From Candidatus Poribacteria bacterium (GTDB lineage: Bacteria > Poribacteria > WGA-4E > PCPOR2b), in contig OZ244587.1 in NCBI GenBank assembly GCA_965218095.1, forward strand, positions 5,312,001 through 5,376,000: DNA of 64,000 nt, read 5' to 3'. This document shows, in pieces, positions 17,715 through 27,298 of the stretch (its first letter is position 1; every line of letters begins with the position of its first letter). Under the pieces are notes generated by a model. It ran no database searches. It was not told where the DNA came from and saw only the letters and a list, made by a program, of their open reading frames with translations. The position numbers and the translations under genes were made by a program.

Positions 17715-18530
17715 TTTTCCTATAGCTTGGCATATCGTGGTGATGTATCTACGGAAGTGGAGCAGAAGAATCTCCTGATCTTCCCCTAACCAACTTTGGT
17801 CAACGCTCTGAGGGTGTCCAGCTTCGTTTCGGTTCTCACGATATATGTTCCCAAGCCTATTTAACCGATTCTTCAACTCTTCTCCGAATTTCTTATCAGT
17901 CCCAAAGGTGTTGGGAATGACCGTATTGGAGAGATATTCGGTTAAGCGCAAAATGTTCCCGCTCCTTCTCTTTTTTATATCTTTCTGATACTGTTTGGAG
18001 TGAGATTCTATAGATTCCGCTAACCAATGTATGGCTCTCTCTGAAGCAGCACCGAGACAAATCACAGATGAGATGTACAGTCCTTCTTGGTAGGCACGTA
18101 GGCTTTCAAGATAGTATTGTTTAACGACATTATCAAGTGTGCCAATTTTCTGTTCTAGCGCATCAACAATTTCTTGGGGCTTGTCCACCAAAAGCAGGAT
18201 TTCATCATCAAAGTCAGACTTCATGCCGATAGAGGTAAGATGAACAATGAATCTATCTTCTGAGCGAATGGTTCGCGATGGATATGAGAAGCCTCTCACC
18301 ACTAATCCCTTTCTTTCAAGCAGGGCAATTGCTTCTAATAGCTCAGCAGGATCGTGTTTTCCTGCATCAAGAAATAACTCCCTCCTTAAACAGGCAACAG
18401 GATAAAAGTCAGAACAATCAGGATCGGAAGTGATTTTCTCTTTCAGAAAACGAAATACAAATTTTGCTAGGGATTCCACATCCATCCCCCGAATCTGCTG
18501 TTGTTCTTGTTCACTGAGTCCGGTACGCAT
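17667..18530 (-). CDS. Putative wHTH + HEPN-like (Rx4H) protein
   Basis: ELLEAIALLERKGLV...HLTSIG (wHTH-like); ESLRAYQEGLYISSVICLGAASE and RNEAGH (HEPN-like); AT-rich. Confidence 0.65.
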   Translation of the reverse strand: MRTGLSEQEQQQIRGMDVESLAKFVFRFLKEKITSDPDCSDFYPVACLRRELFLDAGKHDPAELLEAIALLERKGLVVRGFSYPSRTIRSEDRFIVHLTSIGMKSDFDDEILLLVDKPQEIVDALEQKIGTLDNVVKQYYLESLRAYQEGLYISSVICLGAASERAIHWLAESIESHSKQYQKDIKKRRSGNILRLTEYLSNTVIPNTFGTDKKFGEELKNRLNRLGNIYRENRNEAGHPQSVDQSWLGEDQEILLLHFRRYITTICQAIGKYHAKNRPTIASGNVN

Positions 18531-18609
18531 TGACTTTTATCCCCTCATTACTCAAAACTCATATCTATCCCTTCAAACTCCTTGCTTTCGGCACAATTGT
18601 GGTATTTTG

Positions 18610-19638
18610 TTAGGCATATCTTGAGCGAGCGGTAAATAAATATGAATATACATCTGTTTCGACTTTGTCACTACCACCAAGGCCCACCAACGCTCCTGTG
18701 GCTGCAATGGCAGCTCCTACCGGATCTCCCTTACTCAAATTCCAAACGGCACCAGCCAAACCTAAGCAAAATGATGCAGGCTTTTTCCACGTTTTGCGCG
18801 TCAGTTTACAAAGATCACTTGCCATTGATTCCAGTTCCTCCTGACGTGCCTCGAATGCTTGATCTCGCTCTCTAGATTCCATAAGACTCAACTCACGGAC
18901 AAACTTGCGTACACACAGGGTGTAGTTTCGATGTTCCGAATAATGCTCCCCGCGAAAAGCAAGGACTTCTTCAATAGGAACTGATCCTAAGTCAACTCCG
19001 ACAGTATTCATATCAAAGGCGATTATGTCATTGACTGTAGGGGTTGATGAGATAGACACAAGTTCTCCAAGTGCTTTAACTAACTCAGGGCGATCAGTTG
19101 CTGGAGATAAATCTAATCCCTGTTTTTGTCCTTGAGGGCGCAAAATATGTGCAAGCAGGACAAGTATCAGTGATCGAACAGTCGTATTTATTGGGATTGA
19201 GTGCCCTCCATCTTTTGTGTCTTTAGCCAACCCACGACTTTTCAGTTCTTCAAAAATCATTTGTGCTAACTCTGGATCTCCATCAAAACCTAGACGCGAC
19301 TTCGAAATAGAACCAAAAGCAGTTGTTTTATTAAGTTCATCAAGTGCGCCCGAAGTTATAATATCTGTGAGTTTTGAAACAAGTTCACAAGTTGCATCTT
19401 TATCTACAGCAGTTTCCGGTTTTATAACATGGAACAATCCATATTCCCTAAGACCTGTGATTATAGCGAGGTCATCAAGCCAAGAATGTTCTTCCATGTA
19501 GTTGGGAATAAGCATTCCAATTCCATCAAAGAAAAGGATTAGATTTTTAACCCAATCTGGATCAAAAAGATACTGATTTGGATAATAAAAAGCAACTTCT
19601 GGAAGTACTTTTGATTCCTTAGAAAATTGGTTTTTCAC
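18610..19638 (-). CDS. Hypothetical protein, DUF6236-like N-terminus; native GTG start separated from its RBS by an IS
   Basis: AFYYP...WVKNLILFFDGI; hydrophobic/Gly-rich tail; the empty site reads AAGGAG-TTAATTCAA-GTG. Confidence 0.65.
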   Translation of the reverse strand: MKNQFSKESKVLPEVAFYYPNQYLFDPDWVKNLILFFDGIGMLIPNYMEEHSWLDDLAIITGLREYGLFHVIKPETAVDKDATCELVSKLTDIITSGALDELNKTTAFGSISKSRLGFDGDPELAQMIFEELKSRGLAKDTKDGGHSIPINTTVRSLILVLLAHILRPQGQKQGLDLSPATDRPELVKALGELVSISSTPTVNDIIAFDMNTVGVDLGSVPIEEVLAFRGEHYSEHRNYTLCVRKFVRELSLMESRERDQAFEARQEELESMASDLCKLTRKTWKKPASFCLGLAGAVWNLSKGDPVGAAIAATGALVGLGGSDKVETDVYSYLFTARSRYA

Positions 19639-19649
19639 TTGAATTAACT

Positions 19650-20754
19650 GAGGGGTGCTCATAAGTCCCCTTATCGAAAGAGTGTAATCAGATGTGTTAC
19701 ATTTCTCAGGGGTCTTCCCCAAATAGAATTGACTAACATAGCCAGTTGCAGTAAAACCACCCCCAGCATCAAAAAGGTAGAGACATTCGCTTTTCGACTC
19801 ACCGGCAATTGCTTATGATTGGTATGGGTCGATAGTAATTGGCTCAACAATCCAAAGATAGGTTCAATAGCAACCTTGCGCTTGTGTTGATAGGTCTGCA
19901 ACTGCGCCGATTGATTCACCGCTTCAACATAACGCCGTGCCCGCTGACTCTTTGCGCCTCTGACGGGAGTGATTAGCAACAGTCCCTGGTTCGCCAAGTG
20001 TTGGGTACGTTTCAAGTCGGTATAGCCGGCATCAGCGACTAAATACCCGATGTTCTGTTCAAGCAGTGTGTCGAGTTGTCGGTCAAGGACGGCTTTTTCA
20101 CTCACACACGCGGTGTCAATGGCACTCATACGAGGCAATCCCTCTATAGAGACGGTCAGATGAAGCCCATAGCCGTAAACCCAACCGTGATAGTGACTCT
20201 TTGACCAACTGGCGTCTGTGTCAATGGCACGGATGCCAGTTGGGATGCGATTGGCATTTCTATCCTTCTGATGCCAGACGCTTCCTTTTGCCTTAAACAG
20301 ACTTTTGTCTTGGTAAACCACCTCTGGAGGTGAGTCAGGTATCAAAGTCATTCCCACATCACCGAGATACCCGATGAACGCCTCTAGCTGGTAAGCGAGT
20401 TGTTTGTAGCGTCGGCAAAGGGTTGCCCGAGACGGAACACATGCCAGTTTAAGACGACACAGCCACTGCGGGTGTAGCTTGAGCCATCTGTGTTGTGCCT
20501 TAAAGCGATGGAGGCCTTTGAGCGTTAAGATGGCAAAAAGGACAATCAAGCAGTCGTCTGTATACGATTTCGGACGTCCATGGCTCTCAGGTGGCGGTGC
20601 ATGGCTGGAAGCGTTGAAATGGTCAAGTTGTTCAAACAAAAATGTGATATAATACGTACTGTCAGGATAACCCATGTTATAATCCTCTCTTTCTTGCACG
20701 TTAGATTAGATTATAACCGTTATCCTGACTCAAGTCTACTTATGAGCACCCCTC
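19650..20754 (-). mobile_element. 1105-bp DDE IS, copy 2
   Basis: Same IRs and transposase as copy 1; 8-bp target duplication AATTAACT (19642-19649, 20755-20762). Confidence 0.95.
19671..20699 (-). CDS. DDE transposase, identical protein to 16566-17594
   Basis: The translations in the ORF track are identical. Confidence 0.92.
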   Translation of the reverse strand: MQEREDYNMGYPDSTYYITFLFEQLDHFNASSHAPPPESHGRPKSYTDDCLIVLFAILTLKGLHRFKAQHRWLKLHPQWLCRLKLACVPSRATLCRRYKQLAYQLEAFIGYLGDVGMTLIPDSPPEVVYQDKSLFKAKGSVWHQKDRNANRIPTGIRAIDTDASWSKSHYHGWVYGYGLHLTVSIEGLPRMSAIDTACVSEKAVLDRQLDTLLEQNIGYLVADAGYTDLKRTQHLANQGLLLITPVRGAKSQRARRYVEAVNQSAQLQTYQHKRKVAIEPIFGLLSQLLSTHTNHKQLPVSRKANVSTFLMLGVVLLQLAMLVNSIWGRPLRNVTHLITLFR

Positions 20755-20858
20755 AATTAACTCCTTATTGTAGGGGATGTATAAAATCCTGTCATATCTA
20801 CAAAAGCCTTGAAGGTCTTTGCCAACGAAATTTTATCTCTGAAGATTCAATCTGACGA

Positions 20859-20887
20859 AGTATACCCCACAACTGTTAAGCTGTCAA
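20859..20887 (-). promoter_or_regulatory. Near-consensus sigma70 promoter at the head of the cargo array
   Basis: TTGACA-N17-TATACT on the minus strand, pointing into the array. Confidence 0.7.
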
Positions 20888-20921
20888 TAGAATCGTGAGG
20901 CAATCTAGGGTCGTCTAGCAC

Positions 20922-20951
20922 GGGCGGGCGGATACGGAGATCCGCCCCTAC
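20922..20951 (-). repeat. GTAG-type REP palindrome
   Basis: GTAGGGGCGGATCTCCGTATCCGCCC. Confidence 0.65.
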
Positions 20952-20979
20952 AAATTCCACAAAATCCCCTGTTGCCCTT

Positions 20980-23900
20980 TCAAACTTCTCGATTCCCTCC
21001 GCTCACGACCACTTTGGCTGTCGGCCTCCGACGAGCCTTGAGAATCCTCATTCTAGCGGATTCTGCTACAAACAAATGCAAGGCTCGAACTTCGGCTTTG
21101 CTTAATCCAATCTGAGAAAGGACTGCGTAGTCAAATTCTTGTCTGTCACATCTCTCAATTTCATCAGAGACGAGGTCAATAGGTCTATTCCTAAGTTCTT
21201 GGAAAATATCATGGAGAGAAGGTGTAATTTCTAAATCTCTGCACACCGGAATCTTCTCTAACAGAACGACTTTTGTATCTATTCCACCGTGATTGACTTG
21301 AAGTCCTTGTAGTTCAACCCACAAGTACGGCAAAAGGGTATTTAGGAAAATTGGAAGCGACGGCAATCCGTGTGCATCAATCGTGAAAAAACGATCGGAA
21401 GCCATTACATTTTGCGGGGCTAAGTAGCAGATGAAACGTTCAAAGAAAGCCCGTGGCCAAAATAGATTTGCTCTCCGTTGTTCCGGCAAGCTATACCAAT
21501 TTTGACGACTGGCAACACTGGAACCCGTGTGATAGCCTTCTGACTCACCATAACGAATATACTCCAAGGCGGAAGTGCCTCGGAGACTCTCTCGACTTTG
21601 GTGACACCAAAAGGCCATGCTTCCAACAGTGTCTGGAATGGCGATTCTGTAACAATTACGTGGACTGCGGATAACACGTCTTAAAAAGTGTTGCTCGATT
21701 TCACCTTCCCACCCATCTTCATTAATTACGCGCATCAGTCCATTTCCTATTGGGTTTGCGCTGTTGAAGTAGAAAAAATCGTTCGCTCCTGTCGTAAAGC
21801 CGCGCTGCACCTCAGCGACATCTCCCAAACGCACCAGTTTATCCTTCCCCTTCTCCAGAATTGTCCAGTAGATGTCCGGGGCGCGGAGATACTTCCCGCC
21901 CCACTTGTCGCCTGTATACTTCGTTCTGGGAGTGGCATCATCGCTGCCTGCTTTCAAAAGGTCCCCGTGCGAGATCGGAAAGACGCAGTGCTCCTGTGTG
22001 CTCAACCGTTCCGGGGTGGTCTCAATCTCGTAGAAGATGACCGCATCCAGAACTCCCTCAAACGGCACTTTGAAGGCCACAAACCGTGTTGTCCGGTCTA
22101 ATCCTCGCTCGCGTTTTTCGTCGGGTGCGGAGAAGAGACAGATGACTGTGTTCACATCGGCTGCGGCGAAGGAGCGTCGCGCCTGATTGTCGATAATCTG
22201 TTTGACGTGACAGTGCTTGAGGGTGAACTCCTGAAGGTCTTTTCCGTAGCCGACATCGAGCCACGAATTGGAGGTGATGAAACAGAACGCACCTTCCGGA
22301 TTGAGGAGAGAAAGTCCATGAAAGTAGAAGTAGATGTAGAGGTCGCTTTTGGCGTCAAGTTTGTGAGAGACAGCGGCTGACGGATTATCGGGTTTGATGT
22401 CCTTTTCGCGTCTGTAGCCAAAGAAGCGCGGAAACGCCTGATAGACAGAACGAGCGAGTTTTGCCTTGTACGCCTTCTTGTTTGTGGTGGTGATCTTTTC
22501 ACGTGGGGCTTTCGGATCAGAGATGTTCTCCTGTCGGACATACGGCGGGTTACCGATTACGATGTCGAAACCGCTCTTTTCGTCCGTGAAGAGCTCCACA
22601 AAGGCGATGTCCCACACAAAAGGCACGTCCTTCGCGCTCACAAGCGCGTTGCGAACTTCGGTGAGACGGTCGCGGTCTTCGGTCAATGCTTCGATCTGCT
22701 TCCGCCACTCCATCGCCTGTAGGTCGAGTTGGTGTACGGCTCTCTCTTCGATTGTGCCATCAAGCCGCATCTGTCGCTCTCTGGGACCGTCGATTAGCTG
22801 TTGCAGGTCGTCAATTTGCTCTTTGATGTCTTTGGCATGTGTATCAACCAACTCGCGGAAAAGTCGCAATTCTTCCTGTTGCAGCTCTTTTTCAGACCGA
22901 TAGCGACAAACGGGGTCGTTGTTGAAAAACTTCAGTTTTTCGTTTTTCAGGCGGGTGATACGGGCTTTTAACGCGGGCGGTACGCCGCTGAAGTCGGCGC
23001 GAATTTGGGCGAGGTTCATGCCGCCGATTTCTTGGACGAGGCTATCGCCGCATCGGATATTGAACGAGAAATGAGGAAGCAAGGGATCTTTCCGCAGGTG
23101 GAGTTCTTCACGGGGAAAATCCGCGTCGATGATCAGGGCGAGCCAGAGCCGTAATTCCGCAACATGACACGCCCACTCCATCACGTCTACACCGTAGAGG
23201 TTTTGACCGATGATACCCTTCTTGCGGTCAAAGCTGGATTCCTCCTGTCCAAGCCGTTGATTGGCTCTAGTCCGGAGGTCATCAAGGATGTGCAGCATTC
23301 CCACGAGGAAAGAACCGGAACCGCAGGCGGGATCGACGACCGCGAGCTCTTTTAGGCTTGCGTCGAGAGGCTCCCAAAGCTGCATCTCTGCGAGTTTTTC
23401 ATCCGCTCTTGCTTTATCGTCCGGATTAAAGGCAAAAAGCACCTCGTAGAGGAGGTTTTTATGGGTTTCTCCTAAGTGGTTCGTCAAGTTGTCCACCAGC
23501 GCGAGACGGCACATCAGATCAATCTCTGTGCGGGGGGTATAGAAGATGCCCGCGTCCCCGCGTTCATCCGCTTCAGTGGAGACATTGACGAGGCTTTCAT
23601 AGACCTTCCCAATCATCTCCGGATCGACCGCGACCTCCTGATCGAGGGGGCTATCTTCAGCGATGGTGAAGTTGTAGTTTTCAAGAAATTCAAAAATCCG
23701 CTTGAAACGCACATCAGAAATTAGGAAATCGTGTTCCCCGTCAAGGTTATTCTCTGTGAACAGACCGCCGTTGAGATAAGGGGCTAACGCCAATGCCTCT
23801 CGGATCGTGTCGGGGAAATGACGGTGTCCGCCGTGAAACTTGTTATTGAACGCCTCAAAGAATAGGACTTTGAGCCAGTGGTTGACAAACGAATCAACAG

Positions 23901-24663
23901 GCTCGTCTGCTGACCGGTAGCTCTCCCAAAACGACCGGAGAAACTCGGTATCCTCACCGAGCCAACGTTTGCGCTGAATAAAGTAGAGGAACATACAACG
24001 GTTGAGGAACTGCAACGCATAATCGTGTGCCCGGCGATGGTCTGCGGTCTGAATCGCCAAGTCGTCCTGAAGGACTTGGAAAACAGATTTATAATCTTCA
24101 AAGAATTGCTTTGTGACTGCTTCGACATCGAAGGCTTCTTCGTGACGCTTCTGAATTGCGAGCGGCGACAACTCTTCCAAATTGGGACTATCGATGGATT
24201 CCAAGTCAAGCATCGCAATCCGCTCGGATGCCGTGCGGAGTTTCTCATGAGGACTAATTGTGATGCGGCGGAATAGGCGGCGTCTCTCGGAGTCACCTGT
24301 ATCGTATTTGACATTGACAAAGTGCCAATCCGTTCGTTCCCGGTTGCTGAAGACGAATAGGGTGTAGGGATGGTCTTCTAGGAGCTTAGAGATGACAGGG
24401 CGTTCAGCCGTCAGCAGCAGACGGTCTGAGTTAAGACGGGCGTAGATGACATGAAAAGCGTTGTCCGTTCCGCCCGTCGCAAAGAGAACTGGATCGTCGG
24501 CGAGGGCATTTTTAGCCGTGTCCGTCCAGTCCTGACGGGAAATCCCGTCGTTTTGACGGTCATAGTTTAACTCTGTCCAGAACAGTTCCCGGAGGGGTTC
24601 GATTCCTCGAAAATCTGTGAGGAGTTGGCCGAGATTTTTTTGATGTTCGCGGTCATGGTGCAC
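20980..24663 (-). CDS. Eco57I/type IIG-like N6-adenine DNA methyltransferase with C-terminal specificity region
   Basis: YLNGGLF, DPEMIGKVYE, GIFYTP, DPACGSG (motif I), GNPPY (motif IV), SDLY, ITSNSWL. Confidence 0.92.
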   Translation of the reverse strand: MHHDREHQKNLGQLLTDFRGIEPLRELFWTELNYDRQNDGISRQDWTDTAKNALADDPVLFATGGTDNAFHVIYARLNSDRLLLTAERPVISKLLEDHPYTLFVFSNRERTDWHFVNVKYDTGDSERRRLFRRITISPHEKLRTASERIAMLDLESIDSPNLEELSPLAIQKRHEEAFDVEAVTKQFFEDYKSVFQVLQDDLAIQTADHRRAHDYALQFLNRCMFLYFIQRKRWLGEDTEFLRSFWESYRSADEPVDSFVNHWLKVLFFEAFNNKFHGGHRHFPDTIREALALAPYLNGGLFTENNLDGEHDFLISDVRFKRIFEFLENYNFTIAEDSPLDQEVAVDPEMIGKVYESLVNVSTEADERGDAGIFYTPRTEIDLMCRLALVDNLTNHLGETHKNLLYEVLFAFNPDDKARADEKLAEMQLWEPLDASLKELAVVDPACGSGSFLVGMLHILDDLRTRANQRLGQEESSFDRKKGIIGQNLYGVDVMEWACHVAELRLWLALIIDADFPREELHLRKDPLLPHFSFNIRCGDSLVQEIGGMNLAQIRADFSGVPPALKARITRLKNEKLKFFNNDPVCRYRSEKELQQEELRLFRELVDTHAKDIKEQIDDLQQLIDGPRERQMRLDGTIEERAVHQLDLQAMEWRKQIEALTEDRDRLTEVRNALVSAKDVPFVWDIAFVELFTDEKSGFDIVIGNPPYVRQENISDPKAPREKITTTNKKAYKAKLARSVYQAFPRFFGYRREKDIKPDNPSAAVSHKLDAKSDLYIYFYFHGLSLLNPEGAFCFITSNSWLDVGYGKDLQEFTLKHCHVKQIIDNQARRSFAAADVNTVICLFSAPDEKRERGLDRTTRFVAFKVPFEGVLDAVIFYEIETTPERLSTQEHCVFPISHGDLLKAGSDDATPRTKYTGDKWGGKYLRAPDIYWTILEKGKDKLVRLGDVAEVQRGFTTGANDFFYFNSANPIGNGLMRVINEDGWEGEIEQHFLRRVIRSPRNCYRIAIPDTVGSMAFWCHQSRESLRGTSALEYIRYGESEGYHTGSSVASRQNWYSLPEQRRANLFWPRAFFERFICYLAPQNVMASDRFFTIDAHGLPSLPIFLNTLLPYLWVELQGLQVNHGGIDTKVVLLEKIPVCRDLEITPSLHDIFQELRNRPIDLVSDEIERCDRQEFDYAVLSQIGLSKAEVRALHLFVAESARMRILKARRRPTAKVVVSGGNREV

Positions 24664-25066
24664 GATGTTACCCTCCCATATGCGGCATGGATTTTGGAAA
24701 AAGCGGATCGGCTTTAACTGGCTAAGAAGATGCCGCCGACTGCCCGATCCTTGTAAATATCAAACCCAACGAACAATAGGTGAATTGAACCTAGAAGTAT
24801 TATAAATCGAAATAGGCGGGTTTTCGAGGAAAAAATGAGGACTCTGATTTTCCCCAGTTTTTTGTGGGGTTCAGTGATCTGGGATTTTGGGTAATTGCCG
24901 GGTTGGGTTTCCCAACCCAAAAGCGGGTAAATCAGAACACTTTTTCGTTGCAGAAAGTGATGAAACTTTGATATGATATGATGTGATGCGTTGATGTTGT
25001 TGTATCCATCTTTTCGATAAGGAGGTGCGGCGCCTCAAAACGGGGAAGGTCTGCCGCGGATTTTTT

Positions 25067-25813
25067 ATGAGAAACAGAATTCGTGAGAAATTATCGGGTG
25101 GGGAAATCTCGATTGGGTCATGGCTGAACCTAGGGTCGCCACTGGCAGCGGAGGTGATGGCTGCTGCCGGGTTTGATTGGCTGGCAGTTGATGCGGAACA
25201 TTCGTCCGTGGGAATTACGGAGATTGCTGATATGTTCCGGGCGATTGAATCTCGGGCCGCAACACCCATTGTTCGGATCTGGGATCGCCAGCCGGAGACG
25301 ATTGGGCGCGTACTGGATGCGGGGGCATTCGGTATCGTCGCGCCACATGTTAGCACGACAGAGCAAGCCGCGCAACTCGCGCAAGCCAGCCGATACCCAC
25401 CACAGGGAAAACGGTCTTCGGGGACCGGTCGAGCGGTGACATGGGGAGCGGATTACCGGTCGTGGATTAACGATGAGGTCATGGTGATACCGCAGATCGA
25501 GGACCGGAAAGGGATTCAGAATGCTGAAGCCATCATGTCAGTCAAAGGTATCGATATTGGATTCCTCGGACCTGGCGACCTATCCCTTGAAATGGGTATT
25601 CCTTCTGGAAGCCCTGACCACGAGGCGGCGATTCAACAGTTCTTGGCAGTGTGTAATCGGGTCGGCAAACCTTGTGGCATTCCAGTATCTTCTGGGGAAG
25701 AGCTCTTGGAACGGCAGGAGCAGGGATTCATGTTCTTTGACTTGAGCAATGATCTGAGTTTCCTAGCGGCGGAGGCGGGGCGGCAGTTGAGAAAAGCAAC
25801 GGGTGATGCGTGA
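25067..25813 (+). CDS. HpcH/HpaI aldolase family protein
   Basis: GFDWLAVDAEHS, VLDAGA, RYPPQGKR, QIE, FLGPGDLS. Confidence 0.92.
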   Translation: MRNRIREKLSGGEISIGSWLNLGSPLAAEVMAAAGFDWLAVDAEHSSVGITEIADMFRAIESRAATPIVRIWDRQPETIGRVLDAGAFGIVAPHVSTTEQAAQLAQASRYPPQGKRSSGTGRAVTWGADYRSWINDEVMVIPQIEDRKGIQNAEAIMSVKGIDIGFLGPGDLSLEMGIPSGSPDHEAAIQQFLAVCNRVGKPCGIPVSSGEELLERQEQGFMFFDLSNDLSFLAAEAGRQLRKATGDA

Positions 25814-25859
25814 AACGTGATTCAAGGAGACGGAGCCTGTCCGATCTATCAGGGATGCA

Positions 25860-26061
25860 GTCAGACTATAACGTACAAGGCGAACCTGTTCGCACGATAG
25901 ATCTCGGTTTTGTCTCGGCGGATGAGTACGCCTCCAGGGAGAAGGCTTCTTACTGGGATGGACGGAATGTGCAGGGTGAGCCTGTTGCAAGTGGCGTTTA
26001 TTTCTATGATTCAAGCCGGCACATTCTCTGCCACGAAAAAACTATAGTTGTGCTAAAATAG
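25860..26061 (+). pseudogene. Remnant of a C-terminal secretion tail (T9SS type A/FlgD-Ig-like)
   Basis: YNVQGEPVRTIDLG...YWDGRN..GEPVASGVYFY with no parent gene. Confidence 0.75.
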
Positions 26062-26113
26062 TATCAGATGACCCGCTGACGGGGGTCATTCTTAAGGGAG
26101 GGCATCGGAAATC

Positions 26114-27205
26114 ATGAAAATCACTCGCATCAGACTCTACATCGTCAACGTCCCTGAACGAAAGTGGTGGTGGTCCGACGACATCCACGGTCAGCCTGCG
26201 CATCGGCGGGCTGAACACGGTATCGCTGAAGTCGAAACCAACCAGGGGCTAACAGGGCTTACCCAGATAGGGCGTTTCACGCCGGTGGAGCCCCTCGAAG
26301 CGAAATTGAACTCGTGGCTGAGTCAGGATGTCCTGAAGGTCAATCTCGCTGAGGCGACGCCACCGATGGTAGGGGCTTTTGAACAGGCGATACTAGACCT
26401 GCGCGGCCAGACGCTCGGCGTTCCCATCTGGCAATTGTTTGGTGGCCGGCTGCGAGATCGCATTTTTGTCACCCAATGCACCGGCTACAAGACTCCGGAA
26501 CATACGGCAGAGGACGCTCAGTGGGGATGGGAACACGGCTTTCGCGCCTACAAGATGAAGTGCATCACCAGCAGAGAAACGACACCGGAAGAACGCATCC
26601 GCTACGTCACCGACCGGGTGGAGGCCATCCACAAGGTCCTGCCGGATATGGTGGTGCGGCCCGATATTCGCTGGCGGCTTCAGGAGGTCTGGGTCGCGCA
26701 AGAACTCGCTCGCCGTCTACAGAGGCATCGCATTGACTGCTTGGAAAGTCCGATAAACAAGCGTGCGGCAGGCGGTACGTTTTCCGAGTGGCGTCGTCTG
26801 CGGCAGACCATTCACTTGCCTATCGGCGACCATATTTCTAGCAGCGAAGACCTCATCCAGCGATTCCAGGCGGAAGCGCTCGACTACGCCATCGTCGGCG
26901 GGCAGAGCCATTTCGAGACAATCAACCAATCCCGCTTGGCTCATGAGCTTGGTATGGGCGGCTGGTCACAAACGGTGGCGTACGGGCCGGGGGCGGCCAT
27001 GGGGTTACACGTCGCTGCCTGCATGCCTAACTTGACCCAACCCTACGACATGGTCGGGCCCATGGCTTGGGAGGACACCCTGGTGAATGAGGACTTCCCT
27101 TTTGAAAATGGGTGCTTTGTAGTGCCGAACCATCCGGGACTGGGGTATACCCTGAATCACGATGCAGTTAAAAAGTATTTGGTCAAGGAGCAGGTTTTTG
27201 AATAG
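26114..27205 (+). CDS. Mandelate racemase/muconate lactonizing (enolase superfamily) protein
   Basis: AILDLRGQTLGVPIWQLFGG, KMK, PGLG. Confidence 0.85.
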   Translation: MKITRIRLYIVNVPERKWWWSDDIHGQPAHRRAEHGIAEVETNQGLTGLTQIGRFTPVEPLEAKLNSWLSQDVLKVNLAEATPPMVGAFEQAILDLRGQTLGVPIWQLFGGRLRDRIFVTQCTGYKTPEHTAEDAQWGWEHGFRAYKMKCITSRETTPEERIRYVTDRVEAIHKVLPDMVVRPDIRWRLQEVWVAQELARRLQRHRIDCLESPINKRAAGGTFSEWRRLRQTIHLPIGDHISSSEDLIQRFQAEALDYAIVGGQSHFETINQSRLAHELGMGGWSQTVAYGPGAAMGLHVAACMPNLTQPYDMVGPMAWEDTLVNEDFPFENGCFVVPNHPGLGYTLNHDAVKKYLVKEQVFE

Positions 27206-27298
27206 CGTTACAGCAAGGAGCGCGAGACTTTCACTTTCCAAGGAGGGCGTGCTGCCATACAGTCTCCTGAATCCAGATCTGAAAGGTAATCATCACCC

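Noticed and set aside
19639-19722. N-terminal extension of ORF 18610..19722
   Set aside because: It lies mostly inside the IS and overlaps the transposase end; the native start is GTG at 19638.
16545-20754. Composite transposon that imported the two AT-rich genes
   Set aside because: Each IS has its own distinct 8-bp duplication, showing independent insertions.
8971-20979. Classical integron
   Set aside because: No tyrosine integrase in the window and no consistent attC (RYYYAAC...GTTRRRY) sites; the junction repeats look like gene fragments.
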